This document shows, one piece after another, positions 9,766 to 17,903 of a DNA stretch of 64,000 bases; positions within the stretch are counted from its first letter, which is position 1; every line of letters begins with the position of its first letter. The notes beneath the pieces are model-generated. The model searched no databases, had not been told where the DNA came from, and saw only the letters and a list, made by a program, of their open reading frames with translations. A program made the translations under genes and the position numbers. Origin of the DNA: an uncultured delta proteobacterium (lineage in GTDB: Bacteria; Myxococcota_A; Polyangia; Polyangiales; Polyangiaceae); assembly GCA_963696385.1 (NCBI GenBank), contig CAVOKF010000003.1:160001-224000 (forward strand), given 5' to 3'.

Positions 9766-10707
9766 GTGACCGGCAGCAACAACGATTCACTTCTCGTCGT
9801 AGGGTCCATCGCGTTCGACGACCTCGATATGCCATCCGGTGAGTTCCGCAGCGTTCTTGGCGGATCCGCGACGTACGCGTCGCTCGCCGCCTCGCTCTTG
9901 TCACCGGTTCGCGTCGTGGGGGTTGTGGGGGCGGACTTTCCGGAGTCGCTCCTCGAGCAAGTCCGCGCCCGGGGTGTGGACACGTCCGGTATCGAGCGGG
10001 CCGATGGGCGAACGTTTCGCTGGCACGGCCGCTACTCCAGCAATCTCGCGAGCCGCACGACGATCGACACGCAGCTCAATGTCTTCGCAAACTTTGCGCC
10101 CCGAGTTCTCTCGGTTCATCGCACATGTTCGTTCGTCCTTCTCGGAAACATCCGTCCCCAGTTGCAAACCGACGTCCTCGAGCAGATGCCGCGCTGCAAA
10201 TACGTAGCCGCCGATACCATGAACTTCTGGATCACAGGCGAGCCGCTCGCACTCGCCCTGCTTCTGCGCCGCGTCGATCTGTTGATTGTCAACGACGAGG
10301 AGGCGCGTGCTCTTTCCGGAATCGACAACTTGGTGCGCGCCGCGGCGGACATTCGCAAGCGTGGCCCCAGGGCGCTCGTCATCAAACGTGGTGAGTTCGG
10401 GGCTCTTCTTTTCGACGATACCGGAACGTTCTTTGCGCCGGGCTATCCGCTGGAAGAGGTCTTGGATCCGACCGGCGCCGGTGACGCATTCGCAGGAGGG
10501 TTGATGGGCTACCTCGTATCGCGCGGCGAGGTGTCGCCTGCGGCCGTGCGCCAGGCGATGTTCTTCGCGTCGGCGCTCGGAAGCTTTTGCGTCGAGTCGA
10601 TCGGGCCCGCTCGGTTGTTGGCGATCGGTCGATCGGATCTCGCAGCGCGCATCGGTGCGTTCGCACGACTCGTCGATCACGGAGGCAACTTGGGTCTGTC
10701 CGTGTAA
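9766..10707 (+). CDS. PfkB-family carbohydrate/nucleoside kinase
   Basis: VGSIAFD, LGGSATY, DTMNFW, DPTGAGDAFAGG. Confidence 0.92.
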   Translation: MTGSNNDSLLVVGSIAFDDLDMPSGEFRSVLGGSATYASLAASLLSPVRVVGVVGADFPESLLEQVRARGVDTSGIERADGRTFRWHGRYSSNLASRTTIDTQLNVFANFAPRVLSVHRTCSFVLLGNIRPQLQTDVLEQMPRCKYVAADTMNFWITGEPLALALLLRRVDLLIVNDEEARALSGIDNLVRAAADIRKRGPRALVIKRGEFGALLFDDTGTFFAPGYPLEEVLDPTGAGDAFAGGLMGYLVSRGEVSPAAVRQAMFFASALGSFCVESIGPARLLAIGRSDLAARIGAFARLVDHGGNLGLSV

Positions 10708-11876
10708 TGGAATCCGACGGCGACGCGCGCGCCTACGAGGCGCTCTCGGAGCTCCCACGGCTCGCCGACCTCGCCGCGATCGCGCAGGAGGTGATGAGCC
10801 GCGCGGCCGAGGCCCGACGGTCCGAGGAGCAGCCGGAGCCGACCGAGAAGCTCGCCGCGCAACGGTGTCTCACGCGCGAGGAGGCGGCGACGCCATTCGG
10901 CAACGCGCTGGACGTTCTCGCCCGAGGGCCCACCAACAGCACCGAGCGCACTCTCGCACGCGCCCTTGCAGGACAGGCCCTCGGACTCTGGCCCACGGAA
11001 GCGTCCGACGAGGAGGACCGGCGAGCGAGCCAACTCCTCTGGCTGGCGACACACACTTGGTTCGATGCGACGGGATTCGTCGACCGGGCGCTCGGGGACC
11101 GCGCGGACAGGGTTTGGGACGCGTTCGCCGAGCGCGTGCGTCGCCATGACGACGGCACGCTTGCGTCGCTCGGTCGCCCCGAGACGCTGGTGGCTGCGAT
11201 CGCCCTGGCGTCTTCCCCGTCGGCCAACGCATCCCGCCTTTGCTCACGGCTCGCTACCGAAGCCCACGATCCGATGATCGCGACCATTTTGCGGCGAGCC
11301 GGTGATCGAGGCGGAGGCCATTCTCTGGTCGGCGAGTGGGCCCACTCACCTCGGGGCTGGTTCGCGACCGCATCGCTCGGCTTGACGGGCCTGTCGCTCG
11401 TCATGAACGTCGCCCGCGCCATCTTGCGCGTGGCATTCGCGTACCGCAAGCCGGCGGAGGTCACGCTTTCCGAGGATGGTGGCGTGCGCGTGCGGTGGCG
11501 AATCGAGCTTTTGGGTCGCACGCTGCGGGATCGAGACGTCGTTGTTCCGCGCTCCGCACTGGCCCGCGCAACACGAGATGTGCGCTACCCCCGGTTGGCC
11601 CTCTATGGAGCACTCTTCGCGCTTGCGCTGGGCAGCTACGTCGGCGTCACGGCCTTCATCGACGGCTTCCGCGCGGAGTCTCCGTCGGTCGTTGCCGCAG
11701 GGCTCGCGATCGTCGCGGCCGGTTTCGGGCTGGATTTGGCGTTGACGAGCATCGCATCGGGCGCACGTGGCCGATGCACGGTTGTCTTCGTTCCCCGCCG
11801 GGGCACCCCCCTGTGTGTTGGGTCCGTGGACATCGCGGCGGCCGACGCCGTATTGACACGGCTGTCTCAGGGCTAG
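10707..11876 (+). CDS. Hypothetical membrane protein
   Basis: TAATG coupling to pfkB; about 3 hydrophobic segments in the C-terminal half. Confidence 0.75.
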   Translation: MESDGDARAYEALSELPRLADLAAIAQEVMSRAAEARRSEEQPEPTEKLAAQRCLTREEAATPFGNALDVLARGPTNSTERTLARALAGQALGLWPTEASDEEDRRASQLLWLATHTWFDATGFVDRALGDRADRVWDAFAERVRRHDDGTLASLGRPETLVAAIALASSPSANASRLCSRLATEAHDPMIATILRRAGDRGGGHSLVGEWAHSPRGWFATASLGLTGLSLVMNVARAILRVAFAYRKPAEVTLSEDGGVRVRWRIELLGRTLRDRDVVVPRSALARATRDVRYPRLALYGALFALALGSYVGVTAFIDGFRAESPSVVAAGLAIVAAGFGLDLALTSIASGARGRCTVVFVPRRGTPLCVGSVDIAAADAVLTRLSQG

Positions 11877-12045
11877 TGGTCCATTCCACACGTCGCGCGA
11901 ATCCATCCGTGCCGTGGTTCTTGCGGGACGGCCACGATCAAAACCTCAGGAGCGGCGTTGGGGTACGGGTCGGGGCCTCGGAAAAAACAAGGCTAGCGGT
12001 CCTTTTGCACTGCAGCTCGCTCGCGGATGCGTCCGCGGGACCTTG
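11873..12045. repeat. Dispersed MITE-like repeat copy
   Basis: CTAGTGGTCCA..GGTTCTTG..GGAGCGG..GGTACGGG..ACAAGGCT..CGCGGATG, colinear with 3285-3450; begins at the TAG stop of the upstream gene. Confidence 0.7.
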
Positions 12046-12050
12046 CCGTT

Positions 12051-13760
12051 TCAATGTCCGTCGGGCGAGTCGATGCGTTCGCCAATGACGGAGTCCAGAT
12101 GTCCAGCCGACGCTCGCATTTCGAAGCGAATGATGCGTGAGGCGTCCTGCGGGGCGCAAGCGCGCACCGCGGCCGCGTGGGCCGCTTCAGCGCGGTCGAT
12201 CTCGACGTCACGCGGCTCGAAGGCGCGAATCTCGATCCCCAATCCATCGCCCTGGGCGCCCACGGTCACGCGTAGACATCGGCCCGCAGGAACGGTCTCG
12301 GTCCAGGTGACGAGTCGCGACTCGTCAAGAGCGAGCTCGCGAGCGGCGCCGTCTTTGCCTGGAAGAAGCATGGCTTCGCCGACGGCGGCACGAGCCAACA
12401 TGCGCGATGATGCGAGAGGATGCGAGGTAAACGAGGGGTCCTTCCATGGTTCGGGCCGCACGAACACAGCGTAGGGCCCGGGCCGTCCCCGCGCCTCGAG
12501 CTCAAGGCGTGCAGGTCCGCGGGTGCATGCGAAGAGCGCAAGAGACGAGGACGCCTCGCCGGACGCCAAAAGCGCATCACCCGCCCCCCAGACGCGGGCC
12601 TCCAGCAACGACAGAGGCGCCCCCGCGACCACGTCGATGCGTCCGCACGAGCTGCCAAGCCATCCGAGCTCGAGAGGCAAGCTCGCCCGTCGCCCGAGCG
12701 CGAGCACGCCGGATGCGGTCGACGCGGGAGGTGGGTAGCCGCTCTTGGCCAGCAACGCGTTGGTGGCCCGCTTCGCAACCTCGAGCGAGCGCGTGGGCGA
12801 CATCCATACAATGGCCGGCCGCTCGGTGAGGTCCCGTGCCACGTCGCCGCCGGCCCGCGCCAGGACGATGGCCACCAATCCACGACCGGCGTGCGGGCGA
12901 ACCGACAGCGTCCCGGCCATGGGCACCGGGGAGCACAGGGTCATGGACCGCGGCCCCATCTCTTCTCGGGCACGCGCCACAACCCGCCCCTGGTCGTCGG
13001 TCGCTTCTACATCCAGCAAGGCGACGTCGTCATCGGGGACGATGATCGCGTCGACGCACTGATCGGCGTCGACCGGCATCGAAGCGTACGTCGGGGCGCT
13101 GACGTCGACTGGGAGGGCAACGCGCTTGAACTCTTCCCATTTGCCGCCCAACTCCAATCGATGACGTCGCACCGCTTCATCCAGGCCCGGCCACGCATCG
13201 GCAGCCCGCGTCCCCTGCCCGAGCGCTCCACGGATCGCGAGCCCGTGAGCTACGGCGGCTGCTTGCTCCCTAGCCACGAGCTGGGCACCCACCGCAACGA
13301 GACCCTCGCCTTCGACCACGTGGGCAGCCACGTAGACGCGGATCGGGTGGGGGGGACACACGAGCACCGTTGGATGCACGTCACGCGCTTCGTCGACGGC
13401 CACCGAGGTCCCTTCATCGGAGTAGACCGCGACGTCCACGTCCTCCACAGAGGACGACGCTCTCGCATAAGCGAGCATGCAGAGCTCCGGCGGCACCTGG
13501 ACGAACGCCCCGAGCCAATCGTTGTCGAGTGCTTCCCCGGAAGCGACCAGCGACGGCGGCCCCGCGCCAAAGCGTGAGGCGCGAGCCGGTACATCCCCGA
13601 GGAGCGCCCGAGCTCCGAGCTGCCCCGCCGCCACCTCGGGGGCCCCCAGCGGCAAGCGCGTCGTCGCCTCGTGCAGAGAAGGTCGGAACGGGGCGCAGCC
13701 GGCCAGCACGATGACACCGCCGAGCCACGCGGTCGGCGCGTTGAGCGACAGGGCCCTCAC
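12051..13760 (-). CDS. Hypothetical lipoprotein with four Cys-paired beta-sandwich-like repeats
   Basis: Lipobox LAGC; four modules with two Cys each; GTGA overlap with the upstream gene. Confidence 0.75.
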   Translation of the reverse strand: MRALSLNAPTAWLGGVIVLAGCAPFRPSLHEATTRLPLGAPEVAAGQLGARALLGDVPARASRFGAGPPSLVASGEALDNDWLGAFVQVPPELCMLAYARASSSVEDVDVAVYSDEGTSVAVDEARDVHPTVLVCPPHPIRVYVAAHVVEGEGLVAVGAQLVAREQAAAVAHGLAIRGALGQGTRAADAWPGLDEAVRRHRLELGGKWEEFKRVALPVDVSAPTYASMPVDADQCVDAIIVPDDDVALLDVEATDDQGRVVARAREEMGPRSMTLCSPVPMAGTLSVRPHAGRGLVAIVLARAGGDVARDLTERPAIVWMSPTRSLEVAKRATNALLAKSGYPPPASTASGVLALGRRASLPLELGWLGSSCGRIDVVAGAPLSLLEARVWGAGDALLASGEASSSLALFACTRGPARLELEARGRPGPYAVFVRPEPWKDPSFTSHPLASSRMLARAAVGEAMLLPGKDGAARELALDESRLVTWTETVPAGRCLRVTVGAQGDGLGIEIRAFEPRDVEIDRAEAAHAAAVRACAPQDASRIIRFEMRASAGHLDSVIGERIDSPDGH

Positions 13761-15043
13761 GGCGGCGGGTCCCAGACGGTTACCGGCACGTGATAAACGG
13801 CGAGGCCCCAGCCGAGCAGGGCAGTGCCGTGCGCTTGCACTTGGGCCGAAGCTCGCGTGTGCTCGCCCGCGCAGAACGCGACCATGGCCACATTGTCGTC
13901 CGGCTCTCGATCATCGAAGACCTCCCTCGCAGCGACGCGAACATGAAGGCTGAGGGCACGCGCCATCCCCTGAATCAGCGAGACAAGCGCCAAGTAACAG
14001 CCTCCCGGCTCGATGGAGAGAGGAGCCACAGTGGTGCCCGATCCGCCTAGCGCGAGAACGACCGGCTCCGCCGGCAAGGAGACGACGTGTCGTGCGAGCA
14101 GAGCCTGAGCCATACGCCCACGAGCCTCGCTGCCCCAGATCGACGGTAGGTATTCAGGCAACGGCCACGCGACGTGCGAAATCAACACCGGAGCTTCCGG
14201 CGGGGAGCCGACGAACGCGATCCCCACGCGGGTGGGCTCGCCGACGCATACCGAGAGTCGGGCGTCCGGAGCGTCGGTTCGGTCGCGCGCGAGCAGGCGA
14301 TCGTCGAATCGGTCTCGCATTTCGGCATCCAAATCGAGCCTGGTGCGACGTGCAGGACGTACATTGTTAGGATCGAGTGCGAACAGCTGAAACCCGTGGC
14401 ATCCCGGCGAAAGGTCCACCTCGCCCAACCCTGCGCCGTCCACACCCGAGTGCCAGATGGCCCGCTTTGCCACCGAGGCTCCGTCTCGCTTGGCCCGCGC
14501 TTCGGCCAAGTCAGCGCGCTTTTCGGGCGCCGGAAGCGCCGGCAATGCTCCCGCCTCTGCAAACGGTCCAAGGCCGCCTGTGCGCTCGGGAAGAATGCTC
14601 TGCAATGCGGGCAACGGCTTCGCGGAACGGGCCACGACGGTTTCGAGAGCGCCTCGACCGGAGTCGCTCGTCACGAAAATTCGGCGCGCCTGGGCCTCGC
14701 CGCATCGCTCGATCGACAGGGCACCTGCCTCGCTCTGCGAGTGCTGGTTTGCGGCGGCTTCGCCGTCGCCGAGGAGCCGGACGTGAAATCCGAGAACGCG
14801 CGCCCCGATGAGGGCGATGGTCGTGCACTCGCCCTCGGGTAGATTGGGCAGTCTGACGACGGTGGTCTCATCGTCTCGGAGAAAGCGTGTCTTGTCGACC
14901 TCGACCCACCCGCCGGCGCTGCGCCACGCGTTCGCGATGCGATCCACCGCATCCTGCAACTGCGCGTGTGCATCGGGTGCGCCGACGAGGATGGCGGTGG
15001 TGCAACCAGCCAGGACCGTGCGGCACGCCCGCGTGAGCACCAT
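13757..15043 (-). CDS. Hypothetical secreted protein with three Cys-paired repeats
   Basis: Signal peptide ending AHA-Q; modules similar to the neighbouring lipoprotein. Confidence 0.72.
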   Translation of the reverse strand: MVLTRACRTVLAGCTTAILVGAPDAHAQLQDAVDRIANAWRSAGGWVEVDKTRFLRDDETTVVRLPNLPEGECTTIALIGARVLGFHVRLLGDGEAAANQHSQSEAGALSIERCGEAQARRIFVTSDSGRGALETVVARSAKPLPALQSILPERTGGLGPFAEAGALPALPAPEKRADLAEARAKRDGASVAKRAIWHSGVDGAGLGEVDLSPGCHGFQLFALDPNNVRPARRTRLDLDAEMRDRFDDRLLARDRTDAPDARLSVCVGEPTRVGIAFVGSPPEAPVLISHVAWPLPEYLPSIWGSEARGRMAQALLARHVVSLPAEPVVLALGGSGTTVAPLSIEPGGCYLALVSLIQGMARALSLHVRVAAREVFDDREPDDNVAMVAFCAGEHTRASAQVQAHGTALLGWGLAVYHVPVTVWDPPP

Positions 15044-15044
15044 G

Positions 15045-15566
15045 TCAGCGACCTTCATCCACCTCGAGCCGACTCGGAACGAACTCGCTCGACCGCGCGT
15101 CCCACACGAAGAGCCTGCGATCGTCGACGTTGCCGTCGCGCACGCTGGTAACCAGGTAGGCGAGATCCCACGGCGGCTCGCCCTGTCCCATCTTCGCAAC
15201 CTCCGCGTCGGTGGCAGAGAAGTACGCCCCGACGTCCAGATGAGAATGATACAGCACCTTCACGGGGCGTCCGTCGGATTCACCGCGACCGATGGCCTCC
15301 TCAAACTTCCTCGAGTCGATGTCGAAGTAGGTCCGCCCCGTACGGGGGTATTGCTCCGGATCGAATCGATGCAGGCGGTTGGCGCGGTTAACCATCGGGA
15401 CCAAGCCGTCGATCCGCAGACCGTCCTGGGCGGGACCGACGAGAAAACCGCAGCTCTCCTCGTCCGCAGCGTACGATCGCCGGGCTTCCTCGTCGACCCG
15501 ATCGAGCACGGAGCGGGGTATGACGAGATCACCATCGATCCAAGGATGTTTTTTGGGGTCGCGCAT
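15045..15566 (-). CDS. JAB/MPN+ (M67) metalloprotease, Mec-like
   Basis: EESCGFL ... YHSHLDVGAYFSATD JAMM motif. Confidence 0.92.
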   Translation of the reverse strand: MRDPKKHPWIDGDLVIPRSVLDRVDEEARRSYAADEESCGFLVGPAQDGLRIDGLVPMVNRANRLHRFDPEQYPRTGRTYFDIDSRKFEEAIGRGESDGRPVKVLYHSHLDVGAYFSATDAEVAKMGQGEPPWDLAYLVTSVRDGNVDDRRLFVWDARSSEFVPSRLEVDEGR

Positions 15567-15594
15567 TGCCCTAGATAGCTCTCGGAGGGATACC

Positions 15595-16539
15595 TTACCA
15601 AACGTATCTGCGCTCCCACCGGATGGGAGCGAAGTAGCGATCGCCACGATCGCAGACGATCGCTACGACGCACCCGGAGCGACCCGATTGCACGAGCTCT
15701 CGCGCGACCTGGAGGGCGGCGAATACGTTCGCCCCCGACGAATGCCCGACATGAAGGCCCTCCTCTCGCGCAAGTCGATCGGCGGTGTCCCACCCATCCT
15801 CGGTCGATACGTGGAAGGTCCGGTCCGGTACGCGAGCGTCGTAAATGGGCGGAACGAGGCTCGTCGCCAAGTGCTTCAAGCCCTCAAGACCGTGCAACGC
15901 CTCGGCGGGCTCGACGGCGATGCATTCGATCCGGCGGGGCCATTCTTTGAGGCGCCGCGCGCAACCCATCATCGTGCCCGTCGTGCCGAGACCCGCGACG
16001 AAGTGGGTCACTCGGTCACCCAACGCCTCCAGGATCTCGCGCCCGGTTCCGTCGTAGTGGGCGAGCCAATTCGACGGATTGGAATACTGATCGGGGTAAA
16101 AATAGGCGTTCGAATCTTTGGCGACGATCTCGCGCACGACGCGGATGGCTCCGTCCGATCCCTCCATCGGGTCGGTGTAGACGATATCGGTCCCGAAACT
16201 CCGCACGATGTCTTTGCGTGCTTTGGTTACATTCGCAGGCATAACCAGGCGAACTCGAATGCCAAAAATCGCCCCAAATATCGAGTAAGCGACACCCGTG
16301 TTGCCACTCGTCGAGTCGATCAAGATCTTGTCGCGCGTGAGCCTTCCATCCGCCAACGCGTCCTGCATCATCCGAAGAGCGGGCCGGTCCTTCACACTCC
16401 CGCCCGGATTTGCAAACTCCAACTTCGCCCAAATCTGCACCCCTGCGAGCTCGCGGGCGATGCCCCTCAGCCGGACCAGCGGAGTGTTGCCGACGGCGTC
16501 GACAATCGATTCGATACGTCGGCTTCTGCCGGCTCTCAC
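15595..16539 (-). CDS. cysM: PLP-dependent cysteine synthase, CysM-like
   Basis: VGNTPLV, KLEFANPGGSVKDR, STSGNTG, GLGTTGT, SSGAN, DRGDRY. Confidence 0.88.
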   Translation of the reverse strand: MRAGRSRRIESIVDAVGNTPLVRLRGIARELAGVQIWAKLEFANPGGSVKDRPALRMMQDALADGRLTRDKILIDSTSGNTGVAYSIFGAIFGIRVRLVMPANVTKARKDIVRSFGTDIVYTDPMEGSDGAIRVVREIVAKDSNAYFYPDQYSNPSNWLAHYDGTGREILEALGDRVTHFVAGLGTTGTMMGCARRLKEWPRRIECIAVEPAEALHGLEGLKHLATSLVPPIYDARVPDRTFHVSTEDGWDTADRLAREEGLHVGHSSGANVFAALQVARELVQSGRSGCVVAIVCDRGDRYFAPIRWERRYVW

Positions 16540-16892
16540 GGTACACCCTCCAGCACGGCGCGCACCGTACGCAGAGCAAAGTGAGCCCCATCGGCCAGAG
16601 CCTGTGCGGCCGGGTCGCGAAATCCGAACGGACCCGGAGCACGTTCGACGGCAATGGCCGGGGCGAATTCGACGCGCACCGACGGATCCATCGCGCGCAG
16701 CGTCGCCGCGAGCGCGGGGTCGCGCACACGCACCCTTCGTGCACCGGCGCCCACTAGGTAGCCACCCGCGACCTCAGCGGCGAACCCGTCGAGCGGTACG
16801 TCGACGCTTGCGCGCGCGATCTTGGTCTGACCCATAGACCCAACCTCGGCGAGCCGGGACTGGCGCCCGTGCCGGTCCATCGTTGCGCTCAT
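16536..16892 (-). CDS. Short degenerate ThiF/MoeB-like protein (putative inactive E1 subunit)
   Basis: RHGRQSRLAEVGSMGQTKIARASV matches the E1 N-terminal arm; no GxGxxG; LRAMDPSVRV matches L..LNP.V.V; 4-nt overlaps on both sides. Confidence 0.75.
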   Translation of the reverse strand: MSATMDRHGRQSRLAEVGSMGQTKIARASVDVPLDGFAAEVAGGYLVGAGARRVRVRDPALAATLRAMDPSVRVEFAPAIAVERAPGPFGFRDPAAQALADGAHFALRTVRAVLEGVP

Positions 16893-17161
16893 CCGCCTGC
16901 AATCGCGGGCACGATACTGATCTGATCGCCCGTATTGAGCTTCGTTTTCAGTCCGTCGAGAAACCGAACGTCCTCTTCGCCCACGTAAATGTTGATGAAG
17001 CGTCGAACTCCACGTTCGTCGAGCAACCGTTCACGTATCCCGGGATGCCGACGCTCCAGATCGTCGATCAGTTCGCCGACGGTACCGCCCGAAGCCGTTA
17101 CCTCGTCGGCTCCGCCGGTCAGCGTTCGCAGCGGCGTTGGAATGCGTACGATGGTCTCCAT
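16889..17161 (-). CDS. MoaD/ThiS/CysO-family ubiquitin-like sulfur carrier
   Basis: VRIPTPLR, RRFINIYV, C-terminal PAIAGG; GAGGAGAG RBS. Confidence 0.94.
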   Translation of the reverse strand: METIVRIPTPLRTLTGGADEVTASGGTVGELIDDLERRHPGIRERLLDERGVRRFINIYVGEEDVRFLDGLKTKLNTGDQISIVPAIAGG

Positions 17162-17180
17162 TGGCAATCTCTCCTCTCGG

Positions 17181-17903
17181 TCAGCCTGCACACGGGCGCG
17201 GATCATAAGCGGCCGGCTCGATCCGTCGAATGCGCGGAGCCGCGCCGCAGAGGGCGCAGTCGATGCGGGGCTCGATCGTGCGACGCCGCAACATGTCGGT
17301 ACGCCCGTCGAAGGTCACCAACTGCCCGGAGATCGCATCGCCGTCGAGCCATGAAAGAGTCCAGTCGACCTGCGCAGCGGCAACGACGCCCAGCACGGGC
17401 CCCATGACGCCCGCCTCGGCGCAGTTGGGCGCATCGTCGGTGGGCAGGTCCTCGAAAAGGCACCGATAGCAGGGTCTGCCGCGCGATCCGACGCCAAGAA
17501 CCGTGCCGATCCATCGGACCGCCGAAGCATGCACGATGCCCACGCCAGCGAACATGCACGCGTCCGCCGCAAGAAATTTCGTCGCGAAGTTGTCGCTGCC
17601 CTCGACGACCACGTCGTACTGTCGCACGATCTCCATGGCGTTGGCGGGCAGCATGCGGGTCGAGTGCGCCCGGATCTTCATGTCTGGAGCCCGCCGACGG
17701 AGCTCCCGAACGGCCGCGTCCACCTTGGGCGCGCCGACGTCACCGTCTCGGAAGAGGATTTGGCGGTGCAGATTGGTCGCCTCGACGACATCGTCGTCGC
17801 AGATGCCCAAAACTTCGATGCCAGTCTGCGCCAGCGCAAGGGCGGCCGGACAACCGAGGCCCCCGACTCCGAGGATGAGAACGCGCGCGCGCGCGCGACT
17901 CAC
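17181..17903 (-). CDS. MoeB/ThiF-family E1-like adenylyltransferase lacking the N-terminal arm and a rhodanese domain
   Basis: GVGGLG, DDDVVEATNLHRQ, GSDNF, CYRC, NCAEAGV, CALC; GGAGG 7 nt before GTG. Confidence 0.93.
   Translation of the reverse strand: MSRARARVLILGVGGLGCPAALALAQTGIEVLGICDDDVVEATNLHRQILFRDGDVGAPKVDAAVRELRRRAPDMKIRAHSTRMLPANAMEIVRQYDVVVEGSDNFATKFLAADACMFAGVGIVHASAVRWIGTVLGVGSRGRPCYRCLFEDLPTDDAPNCAEAGVMGPVLGVVAAAQVDWTLSWLDGDAISGQLVTFDGRTDMLRRRTIEPRIDCALCGAAPRIRRIEPAAYDPRPCAG

Noticed and set aside
15045..17903. E1/Ubl/JAB as a CBASS- or Bil-type anti-phage system
   Set aside because: No E2, cyclase or effector; embedded between two cysteine synthases, which points to sulfur relay.
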